From contig MQRK01252249.1 of assembly GCA_001938485.1 (NCBI GenBank), positions 24,446-81,789 on the forward strand: 57,344 nt of DNA, given 5' to 3'. Shown here one piece after another: positions 1 through 11,980 of the stretch (position 1 is its first letter; every line of letters starts with the position of its first letter). Origin of the DNA: Girardia tigrina. Taxonomy: Eukaryota. Under the pieces are notes generated by a model. That model made no database searches and was not told the origin of the DNA. It was given only the letters and a program-made list of their open reading frames with translations. The translations under genes and the position numbers were made by a program.

Positions 1-37
<37 letters not shown>
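1..37. repeat. (AT)n microsatellite
   Basis: Perfect AT dinucleotide run at the window start. Confidence 0.95.
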
Positions 38-39
<2 letters not shown>

Positions 40-394
40 TTATTTTTATTATTAAGAACATTAATTGAGTTTCCTTTACATTTATTATTATCATAACTTG
101 AATTGTCACTACAACAATTCTCCGTAAAACTTGCGTAGCTCGTCATCGTTCTTGATTGATAATCTTTAATAATATTCTTTAATGTGAATTTATTATTCGA
201 ACAAATTTAAAAAACAATTTAATCATTACAAAAATAATTTATACTTTAAATTATAATTTAATTAATACAAAACTTATTTATAATTGAAATTTAAAATAAT
301 TTTTATTTATTTTAAGAAATTATTATTAAAATATTATTTATATTTATAATTACAATTAATAATTATTTATATTTTAAGGTATAATTAAAAGAAA

Positions 395-685
395 ATGTCG
401 ATATTTTATTTCCTTGCTATTGCAATTTGTCTGGAATTCGTCTTAGTTCAATCGAAGGAAGAAGTTAAAACCTTTCCAGGAGAATGTATCGATTCAAAAG
501 AATATTGCAAAGTTAATCCAGGAAAAAATTTTTTTGATGGATGTAACAATTGTTTCTGTTCTTCAAATTCCGATGACCCAAGGGCATTTTGTACACGTAA
601 GGGCTGTGATGACTTTGTCGGTACACTCGAGGAATATCAGAAATATTGCAAAGATCTTCTTACCAGAGTTGACAATGGTAAATAG
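395..685 (+). CDS. Secreted pacifastin-like (MEROPS I19-type) serine protease inhibitor, 96 aa
   Basis: Hydrophobic ~20-aa signal peptide. Core C38-X11-C50-N-X-C53-X-C55-X10-C66-T-R-K-G-C71 matches the pacifastin pattern. Extra Cys at 31 and 85. Intact ORF, with a possible ttttaag acceptor shortly before the ATG. Confidence 0.8.
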   Translation: MSIFYFLAIAICLEFVLVQSKEEVKTFPGECIDSKEYCKVNPGKNFFDGCNNCFCSSNSDDPRAFCTRKGCDDFVGTLEEYQKYCKDLLTRVDNGK

Positions 686-1829
686 TTATAGAAAATTTAT
701 TACTATACTTGACAAAATGAGAATATAAAAATATATAAATAGTATCTGAGACTTGTTTTCCTTAATATTATTATTACTTTGAGGTTAGCGGTCCTCGCCG
801 GTTTAAGACTGAAAGTCTATTAGAGAAATTTAACTTAAACCACGAGTTGGACATTTATTTTTCTACATTGTCTTTACTTATGTTGTTTAAATGTATCTTG
901 TTTCGATTTTTTTAGAAATTCGATTCTGCTGTTCTTTCGAAGAATTAAAAAAATCAATAAATTTTATTAAGAAAAATTTTATTTTCTTTCTAAGAAAAAT
1001 TTTAAAAAAAAATTAATTTTTAAAATTATCAACTATTAACTGAAAAAAGTAAAAAATCAAAATATTTAAAATTTCAAACGACTTGGATGAACATCAAAAT
1101 GTATTTCTGATTACTTGCGCGGAGTGTCACGTAATATTGGATACTAATTATTCCTTAAAGACTTTGTGGCGGTTTTTGAAAAGTTGCTCGAAAATATCTC
1201 ATTCTATAATCGAGTTTTCAATAAATTTATCGTTCTAAAATTTGTTTTTAATAAATTGTTATTCGGTGAATTAACCTTGACCATAAAATGGGAGTGACAG
1301 TCATCTATAACTTAAATCGGCAATTAGTTAGTTGCCAACCCAAAAGTATTTTTATTTATTTTTAAATTGATTAACATTGTATATTCATGTGTATGCTGCG
1401 AACGGGTCCATGATTAAAACATTTGGGGAGTAGCATTTATCTTTTTTACTCGACAATAATAAGTTCCTCTGGGATTTTATTAAAGCCGATGTAGAAATAG
1501 ATATAAGAGGGAATCACTTAATATTTATTTCTCCAAATAATTAAATTAGGTTGCTAATTCACCAATATCAAACCACAAAAAAAATTCAACAAACGAAATA
1601 AATAAATATCACCTTGTTTCGCGAAAAAAAAGAATTTATTAAAGAACATCACATATAATCAAAAAACAACTAGTTATAATCGTTCACGGTCTCTAATTAA
1701 TTAGTCAAAGCAGATTGTTATTGGTAATAATATTTCTTCAATTTTAATGATTTTAATTATTTTTTTATATAAATTAAATTTGTATTATTAAATTTATATT
1801 ATTGTCTTAATCTGAACTCGTCTATTTAA

Positions 1830-2118
1830 TCTATCTAAAAGCGCACGTGCGTTCGTAACTCGATATAGCTTCATATAACTTCGGCGAGGTTCATTTGACG
1901 AATTCCTTCAGCTCAGACTCGTCAAAGACTGCTTGAATGTCTTCTTTAACGAATAAATACGAGTCTGTTTGACATTCGTTCGAAAGAAATTTCTTTAAAT
2001 TTGTACCATGATGAACGATTTTATATGATTCTGTTTGAACTGTACTTTCTTGAGTCGAACATTTCTTTTTCCAAGACGAATCAAACGAGCAAACACCATA
2101 ATTCGTTTCAAAAAACAT
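1830..2118 (-). pseudogene. 5' fragment of a WDR34/DYNC2I2 (dynein-2 intermediate chain)-like gene
   Basis: MFFE...FDSSWKKK...ESTVQTE...QTD...FDESELKEFVK*TSPKLYEAISSYERTCAF resembles the recalled WDR34 N-terminus (QT motifs, ELxxFL, ...AF). In-frame TGA and further stops follow; no WD40 repeats. Confidence 0.5.
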
Positions 2119-2807
2119 ATTCGATTATTGAAATTGATTCTTTGGTAATGATAATTTTCTCCATAAAGAAAATTTTACCACTCGTAGTAAAACTCGGCAG
2201 AAAATTATAAAATTAGATTATGTCATTAGATGACGATCGAAAATCATAAGTCATTATAAAAAAAAATAAATACATGACAACTAAAAAACACTAAACAGTA
2301 CACACACCTACATAAACTAAACCAACAATCACAACTCACCCTGACACACAAACACATACAATAAAAGCTCTATACACTCATAAAAAATGTACATTTGATA
2401 TGGGGCACTTTGGTGTTTGAAGTAGAGAGTGCACTACAGCCGACATCCCCCGCCCCATACTCGGAGTTAATTTTTTAATAATAAAAATCAAATAAAAACG
2501 TTTTAAGTAATAAATGAACTTAAAATTTACCAAAACAGTACAAATCTAATCTTTAGATAACTGATTTTTTTCTGGCTCCTCGCTCTAGCTGGGAGGAATT
2601 AAATTAGCAATATTTATAAAAAACTTACAAACTTTTTTTAATAACACACCACTCATAATAAAATAACATAATCATTCATAATGACGAACACTTTTGTGAC
2701 CCCTAAATTCGTCTTTCGCAAGAAAAATGTTAATAAATCATCAAAAAATATATTTTATTAAAAGGTTTGAGAAAGAATAACAAATGAATCAACATGTGAA
2801 TCTCATT

Positions 2808-3164
2808 TCAGAAAAATAAATTATATTTAATATAAAAAGTTGTTATAAAAGTGAGACATAAAATAAATATTAAATGTGCAAAAATTTCCTTTAAACCAAT
2901 TTTGTATTCTGAACTTCTAATAAAAGGAACCTCAGTATTTTCGACAATCGACTTGTTAGGTACCGTTCCGTCTTTAGAAATATGTGAAAGATCCTTTGAA
3001 TCTTTTTGGGCCAATATTTCTGTTGAAACTAAGTTTTCCCGAGTTTGTTTAACCGTTTCTTCTAGAATCACAGACTGGCAAAGGAGAGCCAAAGAACGTA
3101 AAGGTTTTGGGATCCTCGATGTACCTACTTCCAAAGAGCATTTTAAAACATTGGAATCTGTCAT
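2808..3164 (-). CDS. Hypothetical 118-aa protein with a C-terminal transmembrane helix (tail-anchored-like)
   Basis: Open frame with A-rich ATG context, hydrophilic body and terminal IFAHLIFILCLTFITTFYI helix. No recognisable family. Confidence 0.4.
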   Translation of the reverse strand: MTDSNVLKCSLEVGTSRIPKPLRSLALLCQSVILEETVKQTRENLVSTEILAQKDSKDLSHISKDGTVPNKSIVENTEVPFIRSSEYKIGLKEIFAHLIFILCLTFITTFYIKYNLFF

Positions 3165-3503
3165 TTTTCGTTGATGAAATTTATATTTATGAATATTCAG
3201 ATTTATATAAACGAATATTTTCCAGAAAATATTATCAATAAAATACTAAAAATAAATTTATTATCTTTAACAAAATAATTATTATAATTTAATAAGGATT
3301 TCTAGATAGAAATAATAATTTAATAAACATAATTTAAAAGGATGTTCTAACTTTTTAAAAGAATTTAATGATTCAGGGCACATTTTTTCTTTTAGAATAT
3401 TTCGTATACAGAAATGTAAATAATTATTTTAATAAAAATAACAATAATAAAATATTAAATCTCTGTTATCAGAGAAATTATAAAATATATATATTTGAAA
3501 GAA

Positions 3504-3504
<1 letters not shown>

Positions 3505-3540
<36 letters not shown>
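3505..3540. repeat. (TA)n microsatellite
   Basis: Perfect TA run. Confidence 0.95.
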
Positions 3541-3541
<1 letters not shown>

Positions 3542-3663
3542 TTTAAACCAATTTTGTATTCTGAACTTCTAATAAAAGGAACCTCAGTATTTTCCAGTAT
3601 ATTTGAAATAAAATAATTTCCGATATTATTTCACTAAAATATTTATTAAGGAAACATTTATTA

Positions 3664-4835
3664 CCGTAAATCCTCGAAAAAACGATGTACTGTTTAATAA
3701 AACGTAAAGTTTTTGTGTTAATTTTTTAATCGTTCTTTATTTACAGGGTGCGGCAGCTATTTGAGAACACGTAATATAGACACCATATCTTTTTGTGTGT
3801 TATAATTACATAATTTTATTTTTGCTGGTAGACATGGCAGAAGCTACTCTTNNNNNNNNNNNNNNNNNNNNNNNNNNNNNNNNNNNNNNNNNNNNNNNNN
3901 NNNNNNNNNNNNNNNNNNNNNNNNNNNNNNNNNNNNNNNNNNNNNNNNNNNNNNNNNNNNNNNNNNNNNNNNNNNNNNNNNNNNNNNNNNNNNNNNNNNN
4001 NNNNNNNNNNNNNNNNNNNNNNNNNNNNNNNNNNNNNNNNNNNNNNNNNNNNNNNNNNNNNNNNNNNNNNNNNNNNNNNNNNNNNNNNNNNNNNNNNNNN
4101 NNNNNNNNNNNNNNNNNNNNNNNNNNNNNNNNNNNNNNNNNNNNNNNNNNNNNNNNNNNNNNNNNNNNNNNNNNNNNNNNNNNNNNNNNNNNNNNNNNNN
4201 NNNNNNNNNNNNNNNNNNNNNNNNNNNNNNNNNNNNNNNNNNNNNNNNNNNNNNNNNNNNNNNNNNNNNNNNNNNNNNNNNNNNNNNNNNNNNNNNNNNN
4301 NNNNNNNNNNNNNNNNNNNNNNNNNNNNNNNNNNNNNNNNNNGACCACGTGACACCTAATGTTTGGCCTCCTAGCTCACCAGATCTCAATCCTTTGGACT
4401 TTTACGTGTGGGGCGTAGTTGAGAGGGACTCCAATAGTCATTCCCACAACACCATTACAGGATGCAATGGCAAACATTCCAAAGACCCATCTAATTACTG
4501 CCTGCAGTCGGTTTCGACGACGTGTAGAGGCCGTTATTCCCGCTAATGGCGGTTTCATTGAATGATGTAGTCCTTTATGTACGTGTTAATATATGTAAAA
4601 TTTTAAATTGTAATAAATGTTATTTTTCTGTTGTATATTCATTTTTTGAACTTTATGTCATTTTGTTCTCAAATAGCTGCCGCACCCTGTAAACTGAGTT
4701 CAAACGCCTTTCTAAAAATATGGATTTACCGACAAATGAAGATGCAGATATAAATATTGATGAATGTGGTAAAATGACAGAACTTAATCAAGGGCGCCGC
4801 TCATTCTAGGGCGCCGTTTAATCCAGGAAATACGG
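3664..4835. mobile_element. Non-autonomous pogo/Tigger-like element hosting a nested maT insertion
   Basis: Imperfect TIRs ccgtaaatcctcgaaaaaacg and (reverse complement) ccgtatttcctggattaaacg, 16/21 identical, with TA on both sides. Confidence 0.55.
3744..4689 (+). mobile_element. Tc1/mariner element, maT (DD37D-like), partly in a gap
   Basis: Perfect 26-bp TIRs cagggtgcggcagctatttgagaaca (3744-3769 and 4664-4689), TA TSD, transposase motif WPPSSPDLNPLDFYVWG. Confidence 0.9.
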
Positions 4836-5211
4836 TACTTTAAAATCTGAATTCCGTATTTTTTTTGATTTTTGAATAAAAATAAATTAAATATTAAGAA
4901 TACAAATTAGATTTTCAACATTTTTATACTTTCACAATCGTCTCTTGGAGAAATCTCAACAAAACTTTCGTCAGAAGACATTGAACAGTTTTTATATTTT
5001 ACCAAAATCGATAATTTATTAATAGTTAAATTTTTAAATATGTTACGATTTAAAATATAAATTACGAATATCCAAATACCAAATTTCCGCCTGGGTTGGA
5101 GAGAAACATTTTCAAATACAAAATTCAAAATATTAAATTTAAAATATTTTAGCGAAAAGACAAAATACTCTCTAGCGCCGATGCAATGTTGAGAATTTCC
5201 TGCGAAATGTG

Positions 5212-5907
5212 TGTAGAATGTCAGATAATGCTTAAAGAGTCTTAGAAAGGAAAATTTAAAACAAAAATCTCAGCCGTAGACAAAGAATTAAAAGAATTTA
5301 GATGGAAGGAAGATAATGATGAGAGAAATCAAATTACAAATAGGATGAATAAAATAAAACAATAAAGGCATATCGATGAGAATACACGAGTGGTAGAATA
5401 CAACCGGAGTCGCGATAGGACGGCACAAGTTCAACACTATAAAGGGCAGATCGCTACTAGTATGAATGTTGTTACAAATATAACATAATGGTGTAAATAT
5501 TTACGATACATTTAGAGGGAACCGTCAGTACAGCGAGTAATGATCTGAATAAGCATGACGGATACACGCAGAGAGAAGACAAACAAACCACACAACATGA
5601 CAGACGTAAAGAAATCAAATGACGAAGTAAAAAAAAATAATAGTGAGCCGCCGAATATTACTAAAATCATCTCCGAGCGGAGCTGAGTTAGTTGGGAGGC
5701 CCACAGTCCGTCCTGACCTAAATAGAACCCATTAGCACTCCAAACCTGGCACTACCAGTTAGATGTCAGGCGAGGGAGATTCGTCCGACCATCCCACAAA
5801 TAAACGTGTAAAATTAAATGCGAGATATATCGGGTAATGGTTAACCCTTAATAACCACTGGGATCTCATGAGCTTACAAAAATGTTAGTACTCGAAGCGG
5901 TGTGACA
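5212..5907 (+). mobile_element. LTR-like family A, copy 1 (putative solo LTR)
   Basis: TGTAGAA...TGACA ends, AATAAA at 5799, GC-rich core homologous to the copies at 10.4, 14.8, 21.4 and 55.8 kb. Left boundary uncertain; no TSD seen. Confidence 0.6.
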
Positions 5908-6114
5908 AAATAATGAAATAATACATATATTATCTAGCACAACTGTTATATACTTTCCTTTCTATTAAAAAAAATTTTAAAGCATATTGATGTAGCTTGA
6001 TATACATGGAAAAACATCACACGACACTATTTTTAATGAAGCAATAAAATGACTTTTCAAAGTAATGAAGTGTAGAGGATAAAAAGTAATTCAATATTAA
6101 TTAAGGCTTAGCTG

Positions 6115-6878
6115 TCAATTCATCCGGACCCATTTAAGATTCACCGTGTCGTACGATTTACGCAGAGAACTGTCGACGTACTTGAACAAGACGCACGTCT
6201 TCTACAGCTCGTCATTATACACCGAAACGTAATACGGTTTCCTCAAGATTCTGAGAAAATATGAATAATTTATGGTTTTATTGAATTTAGAAATAATTTA
6301 ACATTGCCGCACAATCTGTTTTGCTATTGACCATCACAGAATTGTAACATCCTTCTTCATTATCATTATTAAATATCGGTTTATTACTTGTTAATAATAT
6401 TTGCATAAAAGTGGAAAACTCTTTTGCTATACAAATGTAATTTCTGACACTCAAACAATTTACATTAATTATTTTTCCTTGATAAATTGCTAGTCTCCAT
6501 TACCTTCTATCGGTTGACCATGATTGCCAGAAACTCGTGTTGGTCAACGTCGTTCCATCATTAAATAACCCGTAATAATTCGTATAACGTATTGGACAAC
6601 CTCTTTCACAGAATAAAAAATACTGTTTGGCTCGATGACCTCTCATTTAGTAAACCATTTAACCCGATGAAATAAATGGAATAATAAAAAACAATGGAGC
6701 ATTGAAAAATGTCTTGTATCTCGTTTTTAGAAACAAATTGACCTCTGTTGCTGTAAGTACCGGAAGAGAGGCTGAGTATTGCGCAATATCTTCCATAATT
6801 CGTATAACGTATTGGACAACCTCTTTCACAGAATAAAAAATATTCTATCGCAAAAATTATCCCAAATAATAATTGCAT
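6115..6878 (-). pseudogene. Planarian scarf-type secreted C-type lectin (CTLD plus PAN/apple-like tail) pseudogene
   Basis: Signal peptide, then GCPIRYTNYGRYCAI, YFIGLNGLLNER, FNDGTTLTNTSFW, NYIC, NNDNEEGCYN...DCAA, a 52-nt GT-AG intron (6251-6302) and KTCVLFKYVDSSL. Frameshifts, a stop and a 48-bp internal duplication disrupt it. Confidence 0.7.
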
Positions 6879-7485
6879 AAAAACTGACAATAAAAGTTCA
6901 TTGATGAGGAAACTAATTTTAACAACCTCCTCCGTCCAATAGGAACAATGAGAGTTTACCATTCTGTCATTCTCTTTTTGAAGATTTATTTTATTTGTTT
7001 TTTGAGACAGAAAAAAGATACAATTTACACCAGTCGTACTTCTTAATTGAAGATTTGTTATTAGAAATGAGCTTTTACAACCAATGAACGTGATCTAAAA
7101 TAATTTACTGTATGGAAAAAAGATATTTCCAAAAGATAAGGTCCAAATATATTCTTAAGAGTTTATATTATTGTATAAATTAATATATAGTGTTCTGAAT
7201 ATTCGTAATTTGGAGGCAGATTTTGAATGAAAGTCGGAGTTCTATTATTCAGGCAGTAAATTCTCTATGTTTTAAAAGGGGAGTTATTGATGAATTGATA
7301 AGAGATACTTAAACTACATTTTTAGAAAAAGATTTTGTTAATCAGACAAGTTTTTGAAAAAAGTGATCAGAAAATCGAACAAGTAACCGTGTTGTGTGGT
7401 AGAGTAATTGTGTTGTAGATAGAAACACCAAACAATTAGGAGAACTATCAGCAGATCAAATATAACGATAGAAGAAGATTCTTAA

Positions 7486-7708
7486 CCCATTAACGCCAAA
7501 CGGGAACATTCGTGCCCAGCTAATAAAAATGGCTGTAAAAGTAAAGACATTGCATTTAACTATGTTTCGTTGATAAGGTGTGTACTCTGAAGGTTCAGAA
7601 CACATACGAAACATGTTTTGTTTCTCTGTCACCAGGCATTATGAAAAATTATGAAAATTATGGAAAATTATGAAAAATTCATATTACATAATTCTCGGCA
7701 TTAATGGG
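7486..7708. mobile_element. piggyBac-type MITE
   Basis: TTAA on both sides; TIRs cccattaacgcc and ggcattaatggg (11/12); internal ~10-bp attatgaaaa tandem repeats. Confidence 0.8.
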
Positions 7709-8299
7709 TTAATGGTAAAATAATATACCATTAAAAAATAATGTAAAATAATAATTCTAACAGACGTTAGGATATCATAGTTAGGAACAATTGTAATTTT
7801 AAAGGTAAATGAATATAATATACGGATAATAAATTGGTCTGGGTAAAACCAATGTTAAGTATAAATTGCACTCATTGATGGTAAAAGGAAGCAGTGTAAG
7901 ATTTAATATCACAAATATTTATTTATCCTTATTCTGAAGGTTTTAAAAAATTCAAATCCTCTATTCTAGGATCAATTAATACTAGGAATGTGAATTTAAA
8001 AATCGTATTAGAACATACAAAATTCAGAATATATTCAGTAATAAATAAAAAAACTCCTTTGAGTTTATGCTCGGATCTTGTGCATAAATTTGAGTGAAAT
8101 GGATTTGTTGCGGTCGGAAACTCATTTATACATTATTACATATTGACATATACATTCAGCACAAAATATAAAATACAAAGAAAAGAAAAGACGTTACTTT
8201 AATACATTTATTTCATAACCCCATTACATACACAAAGTTATGCTAGGATTTGATCCCGATCGAGGTCGTCCGGTGGTTCTGCACGATCGTGTTGATAGC

Positions 8300-8703
8300 T
8301 TACACAAACTGAAATAATACACAGATGATTAAAACGAACAAAGTTGCATAAAAACTCACCCGATAGAGAAAGCTGGACATCCGGCACTTCCTAGATAGGT
8401 TTTCGTGAGAAGCATTGATGGAAATAATCCGTTTGAGGATTCCGTGAACCCGAGAAAAGTTATTTACCCTAAAAGAATAAAAAATTATTTAGTAAAAAGA
8501 CGAAAAACAACAAAGTGCGTTACAGAATCATCCAGTATACGTAGAAGGTCACCCGACCCTCTCCCGATTGCTCTTCGTGAGCAGATTCCCTGAGCGAGAC
8601 CCGTTGAAAAATCGGATCACCCTGAGCCAAGATATAACCCCTGCAAAATTGAAAAGTTAATTAAAAATACAAAGACAATTAATTAAAATTACCTATGATT
8701 CAT
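8300..8703 (-). CDS. Putative 4-exon orphan ORF, 81 aa (exons 8703-8693, 8640-8524, 8468-8360, 8308-8300)
   Basis: Three canonical introns of 52, 55 and 51 nt (GTAATT..TTGCAG, GTAACG..TTTTAG, GTGAGT..TTTCAG) splice into one open frame. AATAAA downstream near 8208-8213; CCAAT box near 8836-8841. Confidence 0.5.
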
Positions 8704-10378
8704 GCCTTGTCTCGAAAATTATCATCGCGTGATTAGTCACGATGAATAATCGCTGACAAAGCAGACCTTGTTCCATTGCACACTGCATAGAAATAACCCA
8801 GATCGGCAAATGAGAATTGAAAAACAACCAACTTAGCCAATCAGAAGCGGTCACGATTAGACAACACACCATACAGAAAAGAAACACTGTTATATATACA
8901 ACAGTAATTCCAATTGGAACAGAACATTTTTTAAAGCAAAAAAAACGCTTAACAAAATCTCATCAGAACGTGGAGAAAAAAATTGAATACATCGAAAAGG
9001 CAGAATTTCAATCACAACTGCAACACTTCGATAAAGGATATTACTGGTACCCGCGATTCGAAGTCTGAAGAAGCAGAACCGATAATCATTATTCGAACCT
9101 TTTCAAGAGACACGAAGTTTTCCCCATCAAATGTTGACGAAGAGGCATTTCCGAATATTAACCGCGCATTCCGACGAGAACCGAGAATTATTGCGATGTC
9201 TGAAGATTGGTTCTCCGGTCAGTGCCGAGCTCCGAGTAGTAGTTTGAGATCGATGTCTTCACGCAGAGGTTGCTGTTTGGTCGGTGGACGAGTTTATAGT
9301 GCGAGTAATCGACAAAACAATCGTCTAATAATTAATTATGATTTATGTCTAGAATAAATTCTGTTTAATGAATTCATTGATTTACAATGGATAATTTGGA
9401 CTTGTCGGATTAATAATTTATATTGATTACTTAATTTATGTGTTTTATTGCTCGCTTTGTTAAATAACTCTCAACTAAAATATTAAATAGTAATGTCATA
9501 AATATTCAGATCATTATATATATTACAATAATTAGGAATAAATCACAAGTATCTGGAGTAGTACAAATATCAAAGCGTTATATTTTACACCTATTATGGC
9601 TTAAATTTTAAATCCGAATGTTATAAATGACTTTATTGATATTTTTTCAGTAAGTAACACGTATATAATTACACATCGTTTGAGTATAAGAAGTAAATCC
9701 AGGCAATTTTAAGAAGAGATATAAGGTTATTTAACCTTTTAATTTTGTTTGATTATTTTACCCATTCTTTTATTTTATTTTGTCATTTGGGAAAGTTTAT
9801 CCGGTTGTCAAATTTTGTATGTCAATCTTATTTTTTCCCAACAAAATTTATCGAATGCAATTTTACTGATATTCGTAATGGTATCATAATTGGTATTCGA
9901 GATATAACAAGCCTTAAACTATATCGTTATGATCAAAATTTTATTTTTTTTTACTTTGAAAATGATATTCCCATATAATATTATGGAATTTTGTAAATAA
10001 TTACGTAATATTACCCATTATTTAAGGAATATATTATTTTAAAATATGAAAGTTTTAATAATCATATAAACAAATAATCATATTTTGCCTAGGAGTATAA
10101 CATTTTGTACATAATTCTGACCCTATTTGATAAAGTTTTAATCATATAATTGTATAATCAGATGTCACTGATTGCTTAAGGAAGTTTTGTAAATAATAAT
10201 TACTTAATATATTATCAAGAGGCTTTATATAAATGATAGTTCATCAATTTATCAATTCTGATAAAAGATTTTATTCATTTGTTTGTCGGTTTATTAGTTT
10301 ATGATATTTTAATAGAATATTATTAATATTATTAATAGAATATGAATTAAGGTTTCGACAATGTTTTTTTTATAAATC

Positions 10379-10730
10379 TGTATAGAATATGCTAAGAAGT
10401 ACACGAAAATTTACGATTATGACGGTTAACACAGGGAATTGTAATACATGTATGATGGAAAGCATGCACCGAGATTCTAATTACACTATTAGAGAAGTAC
10501 AAAAATATGTCCATCATCCACGAAGGACACTATTCCGGCTGGGGGCTACTAGCCCGTCCTGGTCTTCAGAATCTGAGGGCGCTCCATACCCAGCACTACA
10601 TGGTAGATCTGGGGTGAGGGAGACGCTTCCGGCTGTCCGACATAGTTAGAATGGGTTGAGGTTAAACCCATAAAAACCTCTGGGGGCTCTGAGCAACCAA
10701 GAATGTTCCGAACAATGGACGGTCGTGACA
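10379..10730 (+). mobile_element. LTR-like family A, copy 2
   Basis: TGTATAG...GTGACA ends; conserved core and TGGGGGCTC motif shared with the other copies. Confidence 0.65.
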
Positions 10731-10889
10731 GATTCAAAGCCACATTCAGTCCGTCATCTCTGTAAACGGATTCTTAATCATGGACATCTAAGTGGTAGTA
10801 GTAATATAAATAGTAATATAAAAAACGTTGTAAATCGTCTATTGAAATAAATAATTTTAAAGTTTTATGCAGAAATTTTAAAATTTATT

Positions 10890-11339
10890 TGGAAAGAGTC
10901 TCGTGTGATGCATTATTGATTAAAGCGATTAATCCAGCAATTAATGTTCAATCAAGTGACTCATAAACTTTATTGAAAGTTTTTGCGAACAATAAGAACA
11001 ATATCGGACAGTAGCAGTATCTGAAATTATGGATCTTGTTCTCATCATTATTCAATTTACTATTCTCATTAAAATATTCCCTCAAGATTATTTAGCTACT
11101 GATATTCTATCTCTGAGTCTCAAAAAAATCCGATTTCAAAAACTAATTTTGACGAAAATGGAATGGTGTTTTTTGTTGTGAAAGAACTGGAAAGAGAATA
11201 CCGAGAAATTATCGTCACCAAAATATTTCCATAACGACTCAATTGAAATAATCGAACCACCGAAATCGATTGAAGATAAATGATCATGTAGATCAACTTT
11301 CACAAAACCTAGAATGTAAAATCGATCCGACGAAAACAT
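10890..11339 (-). pseudogene. Decayed host-gene fragment, weakly TTC27-like
   Basis: Segments FSVFSFQFF, LNNDENKIH..CYCPILFLLFAK and CWINRFNQ in shifted frames loosely follow recalled TTC27 N-terminal motifs. Multiple stops. Confidence 0.25.
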
Positions 11340-11835
11340 TTTGTTTTAATGACAGAAATTAGTTCATATGATATATTTTTTATTTTTTTGTGGGTTATTG
11401 TTTACCAAATGTTGATAATGTTAACAAAGAATAACGTATTTTATACAATTTGACTTCAAATCAAATGGAATCAGTAAAAATTCAATTATGCTGGAATGTA
11501 TTGTAAAGTTTTTATGCATTTATAACAAAATGATTTTATGTGAATAGATTTTTAAAAAATAATTAAATAAATGAAAAAATTAATTTTCAAAAAATAATTT
11601 ATAAACGTAAAATTTAATTGTCGAAAAACATTAATTATTGTTTTGAATAAGTTCAAATATTTCGTTGTTTAAACGCATAAATTAAATCATTGAAAGTTTA
11701 ATTGTTAATTTGATTGTGAGTTTCGCACTGATGGATTGTGTTTCGATTTGAATTAAAAGGTTGTGCTTGGAAAAAACGATATATGAAAATGTGATTTATC
11801 TAATTTGTGTTAATTGAATAAAATTGGTGTAAAAC

Positions 11836-11846
11836 TTTGGCGGAAA
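11836..11846 (+). promoter_or_regulatory. E2F-type site upstream of the CDK1 remnant
   Basis: TTTGGCGGAAA about 140 bp upstream of the kinase remnant. Confidence 0.45.
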
Positions 11847-11980
11847 TTTATATTTGCTCGATTGACATGAATTGTGTCGCGCTCAAATTAAATTATATTA
11901 TTAAATTAATAAAGATTTTGAACTTGCTGTTTATAATTTCGTTGAGATGATATCTGAAAATAATAATATCAAGTTTAATA

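Noticed and set aside
1891-1893. Possible stop-codon readthrough or alternative genetic code in the gene fragments
   Set aside because: The fragments also carry frameshifts and deletions and all three stop types occur, which fits pseudogenisation.
3795-4389. Long ORFs spanning N-runs (also 38836-39296 and 45144-46061)
   Set aside because: Artefacts of translating assembly gaps.
8983-9357. GC-richer 124-aa ORF
   Set aside because: No recognisable motif in the frames examined; needs BLASTx.
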